The notes below the pieces were generated by a model, which worked only from the letters and a program-made list of their open reading frames with translations, was not told where the DNA came from and ran no database searches. A DNA stretch of 64,000 nt, taken from NCBI GenBank assembly GCA_022813865.1, contig JALDZX010000029.1:1-64000 (forward strand). The letters run 5' to 3'. Below, piece by piece: positions 10,875 through 24,756 of this stretch. This DNA is from Xylographa opegraphella (lineage: Eukaryota). The translations under genes were made by a program, and so were the position numbers. Each line of letters starts with the position of its first letter. Position 1 is the stretch's first letter.

Positions 10875-12746
10875 ATGGCAAATATCGAGAACAACTTGCA
10901 AGGAGTGTCCATTTTAGGGCCTGTCAATGATCAAACTAGCAGAATCTTGAGCGAGGAAGCAACAGTCTTCTTGGCATTGCTACATCGTGCATTCAATCCG
11001 ACACGCAAGGAGCTCCTCCAGCGACGAGTCATACGGCAAGCCGAACTTGACAAAGGCATTCTCCCGGGCTTCTTGCCCGAGACGAAGCATATTCGCGACA
11101 ATGCTACATGGAAAGGAGCGCATCCTGCCCCCGGGATGATTGATAGAAGAGTAGAGATCACTGGGCCTACGGATCGGAAGATGGTCGTGAATGCTTTGAA
11201 CTCTAATGTCTGGACGTATATGGCCGACTTCGAAGGTAAACCGTCAACCCCGCCCTCGCAAGCAATCCCGAGACTGAATCTGAAAACACAACAGACTCGA
11301 GTGCACCAACTTGGGACAATATGATCAACGGACAAGTCAACCTTTACGATGCCATCCGGGATCAAGTGGATTTTAAGCAAGGGGAGAAGGAGTATAAACT
11401 ACGGAAGGACCGCACGTTGCCCACTCTTATAGCCCGCGCACGTGGATGGCACCTCGAGGAGAAGCACTTTACTGTGGATGGGGAGCCAATATCGGGAAGT
11501 CTCTTTGACTTTGGTCTATATTTCTTCCACAACGCTCATGAACTTGTCAAGCGCGGCACCGGACCATACTTCTATCTCCCCAAAATGGAGTCATACCTCG
11601 AAGCTCGATTATGGAACGATGTCTTCAACCTAGCTCAGGATTATATTGCTATGCCTCGAGGAACGATCAGGGGTACCGTTCTGATTGAAACTATTCTTGC
11701 CGCTTTCGAAATGGAAGAAGTAGATTCCAACGTCATCTTTCAATGTCATAGGCTGATAAGAAACGTCAGATCATCTATGAACTCCGAGATCACAGTGCGG
11801 GTTTGAATTGTGGGCGGTGGGACTACATCTTCAGCGTTATCAAGAAATTTAGGCAAAGCCCGAATTTCGTGCTGCCTGATCGATCTGCTGTTACCATGAC
11901 CGTCCCTTTCATGGATGCGTACGTAAAGCTCCTCATTAAAACATGTCACAAACGAGGAGTGCACGCAATGGTGAGTAGTCGTTGATGAGCATAACAAATA
12001 TGCTGACAAAGTACAGGGCGGGATGGCAGCACAAATTCCTATAAAGGACGATAAGAAGGCTAACGACGCCGCGATGGCTAATGTCTATTCGGACAAGCTT
12101 CGTGAAGTACGAGCAGGGCATGATGGAACATGGGTTGCGCATCCTGCTCTGGCCTCAATTGCTTCCGATGTCTTTAATAAACACATGCCAACTCCCAATC
12201 AACTCTTCGTACGAAGAGAGGATATCAATATCACGGCAAACGACCTTCTGAACATGAATATGCCTGGCACCATTACCGAAGAGGGTATAAGAAAGAACTT
12301 GAATATTGGCCTCGGCTACATGGAGGGCTGGTTGAGGGGCATCGGCTGTGTGCCTATCAATTATCTTATGGTACATTCCAATTAATACCAGCATAATATC
12401 TACTGACTTTCATTGCAGGAAGATGCTGCGACCGCAGAAGTCAGTCGGAGTCAGCTTTGGCAATGGTGCCGACATAATGTATCTACAGCTGAGGGTAAGA
12501 AGGTCGACAAAGCTTACGCCCAGAAGCTACTCAAGGAACAGGCCGAAGAACTTGCATCGAAAGCGCCGAAAGGGCACAAGTATCATCTTGCTGCTCAGTA
12601 TTTTTCCAGCCAGATCACAGGGGAGGATTATGCAGATTTCCTAACGTCGTGAGTCTCAATGTTGGAGCTCATGGTACCCTGCTGACGGACACCTCAGATT
12701 ACTCTATAACGAGATTACTACCGTCGGTCCAGCTGCGAAATTATGA
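10875..12746 (+). CDS. MLS1: Malate synthase (glyoxysomal), C-terminal PTS1 AKL
   Basis: Motifs [54 protein letters not shown] and [17 protein letters not shown]. Five introns; ends GPAAKL-TGA. Confidence 0.97.
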
Positions 12747-14660
12747 ACGTTAGACCGCCAGATGGATTAACGCAACGGGATGGCCAAAAGGCATATCCGG
12801 TGTCGTTACCAGTAGATGACAATGGTCAATCAATACTATATGGTTCTTGTTTTAGGCTTGTAAAATACTGTGCATATACCATTCTGTGATTGCCTACTAA
12901 ATACCGTGGAACTGAGAGGGTGCGGTTCAGTGAAAGCCTAGAGAACCGTTCAGCGGCTCCTATCGATTAATGTAGAAAGCGAGATGATACCTACCTTAGC
13001 TTGCTTGACGCAAACACATCCTCGACTACCTAAGGTAAGGTAGAACTTTGGGAGCACGACTTAACGTTGTTCCGTTTCCGTCATTATTCCTTCGCAGCTT
13101 TGTAGCCGCCAGTGACAGCCAAGCTTACACATAAGTCATCACCAGTCGACACCTTTCTATCTTGGTCTCTCGAACTGGCTGGCAGACAGGCGGCTTGTGG
13201 CCGTCCACGTTCTTGAGGGCATGATCGAACGCACTCTACATCGTACATTCCGGAGACAAGGACTCGGTGGATGGAGTATATTGAATAAGAAGGGCATCAA
13301 CCGACAACACTGTTTACCCCGGACCAAAGACTTCTGTGCCAAGACACTGTCTAGCTTATACGCCTGTTTAATCTCAATGACATGTATCACATATAAGGAC
13401 CAGACATTCGCTGTACTACGGATAAGCGAGGGAGGAGAATGGCCGGACGCAAGACAGAGATTTCTCGTATCCATTGAGCATGGCGGGAGCACCAAGAAGA
13501 AATGATCAGTACCTGATACAGCCAAAGTCTCAGGTCCACCACTTTCATCCAGCGCTAGAAATTCAAGGACATGGACAGACATCACACTCGCTAACTGCAG
13601 TGATATGACCAAGCCAATATCGATATTTAGACCTCGGACTTACAGCAGCTCTCCTGTAGCTTTCGAATCCTGGAATAGTTGAATTTGTAGCTCAGACCAA
13701 CATCAGCTAATATTCGATGATATCAGAGGACAGAGTGAACTCAGCTGCGAGCGAACCAGCTGCGCAGAATGTCCAAAATCCTTTGCAGGCGGCATAGAAG
13801 GACATGGCATGGATTGCGGGATTGTAAATCTGTAATAACGGAACATGATGTGGAAATCTCTTAGCGCAGAGGGGAGGAAGCATTGTATCGGTAAACAGCG
13901 GGGCATTGCCTAGAACTTGCAGCACTGTGGCGTGGCAGAAGATTACCTTGGTAGACAAGAGAAAGATGAGCGAGTTAGAGACCTGTCGTGTAGTCGCCTT
14001 TTCTGGGAGAACGTCTACCACTCTTTGCGAGCATTCCAATGCTGCGCCTCTTTACGAGACTAAGCCCAAGGCGAAGCGCAGACTGCTCTCTACAAATAGA
14101 GGAAACGACGTCCACAGCGTGAGTTATGAAGAGCGGAAGATAGTACCAAGGCGTATGCAGCCGAGGAGAGCTCTACGTTACAGAAAGTGAGAAAAGCGCC
14201 TCCTGAATTGGCAGAAACGGGTCTTGTCTCCTGGAAATGGTAGTCCAGTGCGGGAATCATTACTGAGCTTCTCAGGTACTTTACAAAGTCCCTCAATATG
14301 ACAACCGATGTCTAAGATGACCTCTCCGTGACTGCGGAGAGAGGCACTTGAAGCTGGATAAAGTTCCGCATTTATTGCCTGAGGGATTGAATTGAATAGT
14401 AGCGTTTTGACGTTGTTTAGAGTGGGCGTCTGTCCCGAGAGCAGCCTAGTCGTGCCGTCAGAGATGCATAAATGTGACTTCCAAGAGCAAATGAGCTGAA
14501 AAGGTTGTTATTGACAAAGCCAGGGAATCTGGTCCTCATAGTGCTTATGCTGCCGGCTTGTTGGCAAAAGTGGTACTGAAAACTATGCAGATATGGGCGC
14601 TCGTGAACAAGCAAGTCATACAGGTATAATCATAGAGTAGAACCGAAATCAACAGATACA

Positions 14661-15243
14661 CTAATTAGTATTAAGAGAATGTCTTTTGATCTCATCTCTC
14701 CGCTTCTGAATCTCCTCCGCGATACGACGTTGCTCTTCGATGCCTGTAGCTCTAGTCCGTGCTTCATCCTCCGCAGCTGCTTCCCAGACTAGACCAATGT
14801 TAGTGCTTGCACGAGTGGGTACCAACTGAAAGCGAACAGTGAGCGTACTGGGCTTGTTTGATCTGGAATACTCCTTCAATTTACCCACGAAGTTGTCGAA
14901 GTCCTCCTGCTTCTTTTGTCGGTTCTCCAGTGATCGCTTCTGCAATTCAGGGTTATACCGCTATGATAACGATATATTAGGATGTCACCAACACTGTTAA
15001 GTACGATGTACCTTAAAAAGTTCTTCTTCGGTTGGCGTGACATAGTAGATGAGAGCCGGGCCTGTTTATCCCATAAAGTAGCCTCAGCATGTGCTCATTT
15101 TACACTCCACAGCGGGAGATGAGATACCCCCAATACACATGATACCTCCCCTGGGTGAACAACATCAACATACTGAAGATTCATCATGGGATGCTGTGAT
15201 CCACTTACGCGGCTCCCATTTTTAGCCAAAGCCGCCCAGACAT
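14661..15243 (-). CDS. CBP4: Cytochrome bc1 assembly factor Cbp4
   Basis: Spliced [76 protein letters not shown]; four introns. Confidence 0.9.
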
Positions 15244-15931
15244 GGTGACAAGTAGGACAAATCTAGTGAGGGACGATCGGAGCTTTTCTTGGCTACGGAG
15301 AAGTCGTTTGACTCGAGAGATATGTGGTGCACCGGCAGTTTGCTATCCAGGTGGCGTATGAGGCGCTACTCCCGATTGATACTCCCGTGGCTGTACGGTC
15401 AGGTGAAGCCACATATTAATGCCACACTGCTGCCGCCAACGGACATTAGTGCAGGGGTCGGGTTTCTTATGAAACAAACATGGTGCACGTATGACGAGCC
15501 ATGGGTATGACTTCGAAGCTACCTGGTCGAATTTTGAGATCCCCATTACCAGTCAATCCTAATCTGTCTGCCGGGTGACGTGCTTTCTTGTGGGCTGAGC
15601 CTACTCGTATGTGGATGTCCCTGCGGTGCTATAACCGCCACTCACAATGAATAAGGAAGTGCCATCTTAGTGATGACCAACTCTGCTTATCTCTATTGCC
15701 GTGCTCGTATCGCGCAACTTGGTGCCTCGGTCGACGCATCTGTACCCAAGACTGTGTTGACCTCGTTCCAAATATGGTCCGGCACATCACTCTCCACTCT
15801 ATTGGCCTAGGAAGTTTGAATTGTCATTCTGCTATAACACTCTCTGAATGTTCCGAACTGCTGCACGATTAAGATCTTTTACGTCTTCTTAGGGCAGCTA
15901 TCAGGGCTCTTGGTCTCGAAGTCCATACCTC

Positions 15932-18900
15932 ATGGACCACCATAATATTGCCGGATATGGCGCGTCCTCAAGGTCAGGGGAGTACGGCGGCGAGTACGGC
16001 CAACCAGCCCCAAGGCATTTTCCAGAAGAACAGTGTCAACAAAATCGCCGCGATGAGAGACGACAAGGTTATGGGTACCCTCATGTCAGTAATGGCTATC
16101 CGGTGCATCACACTCCTGCTCAGATTCAGCTATACCAGCAACAGTTACAAGCATTTCACAGACCCTCCCAGCAACCCCTGCAGACTTGTGATAGACCACC
16201 CCAGCAACAGGCCTACAAGCAAAGACTGGAAGGTGTATCTAGTCACTATGCGGAGCCATATCAGAGTCGAACTCAGTATCTGCAATCGCCAGGATATGGA
16301 AATGTGCAGCACAGTCACATGCCAGATGCGTACGGGTACATAAACCGAGATGGCATCAACACACGACCCGAGCAATCCTATTGTGGGCCATCATTGATGC
16401 AGCAGGCTATGGTGCCAGCCCAACCATTCCAGCCCAATGGAAGTCTCGAATCTCCCAGGACAAGACCACCGCTGCCTCAACGCTCACACACTGACGAGGG
16501 ATGCCAACGGTCAAACGATAGAAAGTATTCGACCAACATGAGACCTTCAGCACCGCAAGGACAACAAGTCTTATATACAAATGGCGAGTCCGCGAGCATT
16601 TTGAGATCTTACGCTCCCGAACGACAACATGTTCCATACACCGATGGCGAATGCTCGAACAATACCAAGCCACGAAGTGGACAGATCAAGCAAGGTAAGC
16701 ATCTGTTATGGTCGGTAATCTAAAAAGGATTGAAGGGTGTGTACTAAATCTGTACGCATAGCAAAAACCCGGATACTGGCTTCTCCTGTATCACCGGAAA
16801 CAATTAGTTGGGATAATCCATTTCCAACCTTTCCGACGAATAGAAAGAAACAGCCGTTTCATGACACAAATGGGCAGAGGCCTGCGACAGCGAGTAGCTG
16901 CAAAGGTCATGAATTCATTCGTGCTCAGCCAGTGTCCACCGTCGGCATTAGAGATCAGAAAGTCGATCTTGCGAAATTCACGCAAAGCTTACCGGGTCCT
17001 CTGCCTGTAATTGGAGATGGAAGAGGACATCTGACAAAGGAAGCTACGGGAAAGCCAGAGAATACTTATGAAGGAAGCCTCGACCAGCCTTTACCACAAA
17101 AGGGACATGATATACCCTTCCAGCCTCCGAGCCAAGTTGAGACGAGATCTGCTGAATATGATAGATCACATTCACTCGCTGTGGATCGAGGCCTGCATAA
17201 TCAAGATGACCAGGATCAACAGCCATTACAACGACTGCCTCAAGCAGTTTATGGAAGTTATGACGATCATTTGGACTCGTATTATGAGCCAGTGAATGAA
17301 CGTATCCAGCCGCAATCGAATCAGTGGACTCGACTGCCTCAATCGACAGGAGACGGAGATATGCCCAGTTTCGTTGCCAGGCCCGACGAACGACTCGGTC
17401 ACGGTTCTAGCATAATGGTGGATCAGCAATTACGCCTTCGACCGCAACAACCCGCTCTTACTAGTTTTCTAATAACTAACACAGACCAGCATGGGAGGTC
17501 TAACGACCAAACTCTAACTGCAGAACGTGTTGGATACGCAAAACAGAGCGGATCAGACCCTACCTATCGTGACCAGCGACAAACAAATTCGAACGAAGGC
17601 TTCATGTTCAGTGTCGCAGCGTATACTCCGCCACGACCGTCCTTGAGCGGCTATGCTGCTAAGCTTCAAGCTCACGGAGGATATATTGATGTGTCATCTT
17701 CAAATGGTCCACAAAGACTTCCATATAGAGCTTACCAGCATAGCAGTGGATATCAGAGACAACTTCCGCCACCGCAGGGATCTACACAGAATCAGGTCAA
17801 CTCATTGCCAGGGATACAGCCAGGATGCCACGTAGACAGCAGAATGCCAGGATCTGGTCAACGAAAAAGTCCTGTTGTATATTCTAGTAAAGACAGCCGT
17901 GAAGGTCTTACTTCACCCATGGCTGATGAAGGGACAAGCATGAGTCTGCTAAATGAACGCAGTCAACGTTCCTACCATACCCCGGAACACAACGGCAGGC
18001 TTCCATCAGCACCAGGTAGACGACCATCTAATCCAGATGCTCTTCCAGAGCATCCATCACCAACACGCGCGGGCGTTGCACCAGCAACGAGTTTCATCCA
18101 GCCCAAGCCACCTCCTGTACGGCAATACCACGATGTCGCTTCGCCTGGAGGACAACCGAGTATATCGCAACAGGCTCCGCCACGAAAATTGACAGGCAAT
18201 GCGACATCTGTGCCAGTGACACATGAGGAACTTCAGCATTTAGGACGTATTACCAAGGCCAACCCGAATGATCAAAAGACCCAACTACTTTTAGCACAGA
18301 AGATGGTAGAGGCAGCATCGGTGCTTGCAGACGAAGGTGGCCGCGCAGATGCGAAAACGCGAAATAAAAATCGAGAGAAATACTTATTTGATGCTCACAA
18401 GCTAGTCAAAAAGTTGGTCAGTGGAGGCTACTCAGAAGGAATGTTCTACCTGGCAGATTGTCATGGAAGAGGTCTGCTCGGATTGCAAGCAGATCCTAAA
18501 GAAGCATTTAGCCTCTATCAATCCGCTGCTAAATTAGGACACGCGCCGTCAGCATACCGAGTGGCAGTGTGCTGTGAGATGGGTCAGGAGGATGGTGGGG
18601 GCACAAGGAAGGACCCGCTTAAGGCAGTCCAATGGTACAAACGTGCAGCCACTCTAGGTGATTCGCCAGCCATGTACAAAATGGGCATGATCCAACTCAA
18701 AGGCCTCCTTGGCCAACCAAAGAACACACGCGAAGCGGTGGTATGGCTCAAGCGAGCAGCCGAGCGTGCGGATGAGGAGAATCCGCATTCTTTACACGAA
18801 CTAGTAAGTCTCTTCTTACCTTTACAACCGAGATTACGTTGACTCCATTTGCAGGGTCTTCTCTACGAAAGCGCAAGCGGTAATGACAATATCATTCGCG

Positions 18901-19452
18901 ACGAGTCGTACTCCAACCAACTATTCCTTCAAGCTGCAGAGCTTGGTTACAAATTCTCGCAGTACCGTCTTGGCTCTGCGTACGAATATGGCCAACTTGG
19001 ATGCCCAATTGATCCTCGTCAAAGTATTGCGTGGTACAGTAAGGCCGCTGTACAGGAGGAGCATCAGAGTGAGCTTGCCCTCAGCGGGTGGTACCTTACC
19101 GGCGCAGAAGGTGTACTTCAACAAAGTGACACAGAAGCGTACCTGTGGGCACGTAAGGCCGCTGTTGCTGGCCTAGCCAAAGCCGAGTATGCCATGGGAT
19201 ATTTTACGGAAGTAGGCATCGGAGCGACGGCAAATATGGAAGACGCGAAGCGGTGGTATTGGAGAGCATCCTGTGAGCAACCTTGGTTGGATATGGAAAC
19301 ATCACTAATACTACTATCTTCTAGCACAAAACTTCCCCAAGGCCCGGGAACGTTTGGAAGACCTCCGCAAAGGTGGTGCGCGAATGCAGAAATCGCGGGT
19401 CTCTCGTTCGGCGGTGAACAAGCAATCGGAAAATGAATGCCGCGTCATGTGA
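15932..19452 (+). CDS. CHS4: Chitin synthase activator (Chs4/Skt5-like), SEL1 repeats, C-terminal CaaX (CRVM)
   Basis: A long P/Q-rich N-terminus precedes SEL1 repeats (AFSLYQSAAKLGH, AVQWYKRAA, AVVWLKRAA, SIAWYSKAA, AYLWARKAA). The final exon after intron ~19274-19324 ends ENECRVM-TGA. Confidence 0.88.
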
Positions 19453-20187
19453 TGGCATATGAGGTGTTACTGATGGAACTGGTATTGAAGCCTTTTTGGT
19501 TCTTGTCGGTCGGCTCGGTCATGCATGTCGTGTCATCTTCCCTGCCCGAGTGCGAATTATGAAAGATGGAGATGGGTTTGCTTGAAGCTTCGAATTTACA
19601 TCAGGTGCCCTGATGCGGCGTTGCCATCAGAGCAGCACGGACTGAGCAAGCAGCCGCTTTACACACTCTCTCCAAACCTTGTCGGTTGTAATGTATTCCG
19701 GGAGATTGAGCTCTGAGCCCATAAGGCGGCAGGTGTAGGGTTTGGATTGGACAGTGGTACATCTGAATTGCCAAATTTTAGCTGAGAACATCCGCAACCC
19801 ATGGTGATGGTGCGCGTACTCTAGGCACACAGAGATGGTGCCCGTACATGCCTGATTGCCTATCCCTCTCACAGCCGGATACGTGCGAGGTCTACAGTCA
19901 AAGGTGGAACATGAGAGATTCTGTATACTGGTATTCTCATAATCTTGTTGGTATCTACAGGCAACAGCACAAATCCCTATATTATATCTCTCTGCTAGCT
20001 TTTACTGCTCAACCACGCTGAATATCATACGCATGCGAGGTATAGCGAGGCTAAGATGAAGACCCAAAATTCAGTAAGAATTGCCTACGTCTCGTTCGTC
20101 GTAGCCGATGCCAACATAGGACTAACAATATGTCGTGGAGACCATTTAATCATAGCTGGCAGAGTAACGTCTCCGAAGACAAGTGAA

Positions 20188-21050
20188 TCAAATACCGCGT
20201 AGCCCAGTTTTGTCGTCGATTAGCCTGTACCTCTCTTTTTGTGCCCGATCTTTCAATACCACGAGAGTACATAGGAACAAGATGCCATCCAGAGCTGTTC
20301 AAGATCAGTTCTCGCTGGAGTACTATTGATGAGAATGTCGGTCTTACCGACGAGGCCGAACATCGAGGTGAACACGATATCCAGGAAGGAGTTGGCAAAC
20401 GACGCAAAGGGGCCGACGCAGCCGACTATCTGCGTAGCTACAGCAACGGATGTACACACATCATCGATTTGGAAAGCTGGCGAGGTACTGTTCAGACCCG
20501 AGTATCCGCAGCATTGGAACTACAGCATGCTTAGCGATGTTCGTACATCCCCCAGAGCATTCAGGCAATAGAGTCGCTCGGCTTACCTGTTGTTGCAGCA
20601 AGCTTTGCTCCATAGGCGTTTGCATGTCCCACATGACTCCCAAGTTAGACCTTGTCTGTAGCGTTGAAAACCATATCTCGAGGCCGACGGCAAGGCTGAC
20701 CAATGCACAAGCGATGAGGAGCCATGAACAGATTCTCAAGAGGATCCTTTTTTTTGCGAAGATGGCGCTGGGAATTGAGACGAGGAAAGTGAGAAAGATC
20801 AGGCCGGCGTTGAAGAAGGCGACTAGATTGTCCGGCAGTTCTGATCAGTTCGAGGAAGCGTAAGTAGGCAGGGCAGGAGGTTACCGGTGAGCGGAGTGTT
20901 CTGTAAAAGGAGTTTCGCCGCTGCACTGACGGTCATGGACATGCCGGACGCATTCGGTTGAAAGATGATAGCGACTGCCAGTAAAAGAGGACCGGTGAGA
21001 AGAAACAGTAGATCGAAAGCCAAGAAGGTGAGAAGAATCTTGTTGGCCAT
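20188..21050 (-). CDS. PLS1: Tetraspanin Pls1
   Basis: MANKILLTFLAFDLLFLLTG start, four hydrophobic segments and CCGY in the large loop; GCVGPFASFANSFLDIVFTSMFG; C-terminal LKDRAQKERYRLIDDK. Three introns. Confidence 0.88.
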
Positions 21051-23129
21051 TGTGACGAACGGTGTTCGACTACGCAGATTTTTCTCGAGAAGCTTGTAGG
21101 GGACTTTTGAATTACGGAGGACGGCCGGCGCTGCCAAAGGCAAATACAACGCACTGGGAGAAAAGAAGGTCAAAAACGACAGTCGTGCTCTGCACCGGTC
21201 CCGGACCCGAGACGACAAACTCGAGAGCGATTCAGCGGCAGCAGGTGACGAAGAGTGTGAGAGAAGTGAAGACGGGTCGCTGTCAGGTCAAGTTAACAGT
21301 ATGGACTCGAGGGAGCATGACGACTACAACAGTATCAAGCATAGCTCGTACACGGCAGTGGCGACCCCGAGGGCAAATGTCAGACCGGATGAGTTTCATG
21401 GAAGCGAATAGATTGATTGTCGAGTCAATGCGTAGAAGACTGGGGCAAAGGGGGCACCGAGTCGAAAGTGTCGGGGGAGGAATAGATGATTCCATAGCAG
21501 TGTCAGAGTGATGGCCTAATAGTAAGACAGACAGGGTCCATGCATTGATCGTCCGCGCCGACGAGCCCACCTTATATTTGAGAATTGGGTGGAGACATGC
21601 GTTTGCACATGCATGACATGGAGAACAACGCCCTGCTCCATAATCGGGAGTCCAGGCAAGGACATTCCCGTATCGCCAGCAACAGCAGTCAGCGGGCCTC
21701 AGTGGTGATGGATGGAACTGATCAGCAGCAGCCATAGCAAGCGAAGGAGCGCATGAATGAGACTCAAGCAAGATCCAACACTGGGGGGGATTGAACGACA
21801 TGAACGCGGAGAGACGGGAGGAGACTGGCGAGGTTTGACCAAGAGTCGGGCCGAGTATTAATCCGACACTAGCGGTTAGAGATACGGACCTTACACAGTA
21901 GTAACTTTAGTTTTAGTAAGGGGCAAAGTACGGAAGTGCTAAGGTACTGCGTAGCACTGTGTACTCTAGTGGTAATTTACCGGAATGCTAGGTACTGACT
22001 GCCGCCCACGTGACTCACCCGCTCTCACTTTCCGCACTGCCCCGCTTCATCGTCTTCGGACAAGGAGACTTCGTCCATGATTTTCCATTTCCATCCCCGT
22101 CCGGTTCCCCCCACACCAGGACCATTTGGGACGCTCGATTATCTGCAGCAAACTCTCGTCGGTACAGTACACAACAGTAAGTTCCACCTCGACTCTCGTT
22201 GCAAACAAAACGTGATGTGACCTGCCTCGAAAAGCGTGATCCGACCGGTGGCTTCCGATCGCTTGTCGTGGGTGTCTGCATGCAGCTTCGACCAGCGCCC
22301 GCGTTGCAACATTGACGGCCCATCCATTCTTTCTGACGACCGTGGCACGAAGTCCCGCTGCTCTGCAACCTGCACGTCTGCCGAATCACAAGTTACAACA
22401 CAGTCGGACGCGACAGACTACCTAGATCAGAAGCGATACCGAATTTGCTGTTGTTCTCTGCCTAAGGTACTCCGTACGGACGAAGAGGTACTGTTCGCGG
22501 CCTCTTCCTGGGATTCACCCCCCATGCTTCCCCACTTCCCCCTACCACCCCGCCCGGGGCTCCTTCCATCCGGCCCTTTCGTTGTTCCTTCTCCAACACA
22601 CCTACCGACCCCCCCCCCTCCCCCCCCCTTCACTGTCCCCCCTCTCCCAACCCTTTCTCCCGTGTCTTCTCTCACACGCAGCCGAAGAGGCAGGCCAAAC
22701 CTCTTTTTATCCAAGTTCCCTACCGCCCTTTCCCCCTTCCGTCTAACTGCGGATTCCTCCCCGTTTCGCAACGGAAACTGCCCATTCAACACAACACGTC
22801 CACTTCCTTGCGCGCACTTGTCCCCTTCAGATCTAATTAATTGACTTTGCACCTGTGCTGAAGCTCTCGATTTGATTATAGCCTCTCTCGATTTACAGCC
22901 CGTTCAGGAGCCTGCTCCCCCCCCCCCCCCACACCCCCTAAGCCGAAGGTGGGTCGAAAGGTGTAAGTTCCCTCCCTCGTCCCTCGATCGGCTCTGCACT
23001 TCGCATTATTCCCACCTTCCTCGATGCGGATTTCAATGACCTTCTAACCTCAAGTAGTAGGTACATCAACATCATACCTCTTTGGGATCAACGGCAGCAG
23101 TCGCGATACTTCAGCTCTCTGCACGCATC

Positions 23130-23901
23130 ATGGCTGACGTGGCCGATCCTAATGACCAACAATCGCCATCTGCTGGCGACGACAGTCTTACCACCGGCAA
23201 TGGCAACGGCCAGGGCGGAGAGAACCGCGGCATCAAACGCCCTCGCGTCAGTGCAGCGGCCGGCGACGACGACGACGACGACGACGATAAGCCTGGTCGC
23301 GAACGACGGAAAATTGATATCAAATTCATTCAAGACAAGTCGCGTCGGCATATAACATTTTCGAAGCGGAAGGCCGGCATCATGAAGAAGGTACACCTGC
23401 TCGACTCGCAACTCCAACACAACTCAGACCGTGTCGAGTCGCATGCTGATAACACTCGCTAGGCTTATGAGCTATCCGTGCTCACTGGAACCCAGGTCCT
23501 ACTGCTTGTTGTGTCTGAAACTGGACTCGTCTATACTTTCACAACCCCGAAGCTCCAACCTTTAGTTACAAAGTCCCAGGGCAAGAACCTGATTCAAGTA
23601 GGATCCCGAGCTCCAGCTTGGTTGTGCAATTGCTTACTTCACATAGGAATGCCTCAATGCACCCGAACCCTCATCCGATAGCCAGAACGGCGTGGATGGA
23701 GAGGAACCTGGCAACTCACCAGAGGACGTTGGTCATGCGCAAGTTGCTGCACAACAGCCCAGCATGCCTCGTAACAATGGCCTTCCGCCTCAATACAGCC
23801 TCACTCCGGAGCAACAGCAGCAAATGGCGTATCAGCAATATATGCAAGCTCAACAACAACAAAGCGTGGCAGGGAACTACCCGATGCCACCGCAGGTCTG
23901 A
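23130..23901 (+). CDS. MCM1: MADS-box (SRF-type) transcription factor Mcm1
   Basis: ERRKIDIKFIQDKSRRHITFSKRKAGIMKK|AYELSVLTGTQVLLLVVSETGLVYTFTTPKLQPLV followed by a Q-rich tail. The 3' end could include a further intron. Confidence 0.95.
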
Positions 23902-24756
23902 GCCGGATGGTTATGCGTAACACCTGCTTCAGCCTCTCATGCGATAACAACTGGAGCGTTGGGTAGAAGTGCTCACACATCGAGATGCTCTCTGACCGTC
24001 TGCTTGATACCCAACCTGATCCGAGAGAACATCTCTGCTACCGTTGATGCGCTTTATGGAGCAAGCGAGTGGGAGCCATGCAACTTGACAAGAAAGGTCT
24101 GAAATTAAAACGGTGTTTGGAGCATGATAATGTGTATGCTAAGTGCTTAGGTACGCAGCTTGGGAAGGTTGCCCACATGGTTCGGCCCAAGATAACACGT
24201 GAAGGCGCTGAGACGGCTAGGTAGTCTTTCCGAAGGCATTGCAGCTTGCTATGGTACATACTCGGCTCGGCCTTTTGCTTTTTGGATCTCTCATAATAAC
24301 TCTTGTCTATGCCGCTTCAGTGTCTACGTCGACAGGCTCCTCCAACTTGATTGGATTTGTGCTTGACAGAGCTCATAAGCCATCTAGTCTGCTGCATGAC
24401 TGTTTTAGACTTCCTTGGTGTTTCTAGAAAGCTCAAGCGAACCACTGGCCCTGAGCGAATCGCTGTAATATCTTCATCAGCCCCGTACCAATACGAGGTG
24501 ACTTATCCCAGAGCGCCTGCCTTCGACTTCACTCGAAGTCGCTTGCCGGGCGCACATAGCGGATTGCGCCTGTTTCGCCGGTACAAGATTACGCAGTCCT
24601 TTCCATTCCAGGCTAGAAACAAATATCCCTATCATTGGTACCAACTACCACCCAACGCCCTCGTGATGCATGCATCCATGATACCGCGACCCAATGCAAT
24701 GCTTTGTATAAACACCATACGGTCCCTCGCCCAATGCAAGATTTAGTCCTTCACAC

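Noticed and set aside
13157..14300. Several 70-150 aa ORFs between malate synthase and CBP4
   Set aside because: No coherent spliced model or recognisable motif; at most a degraded gene.
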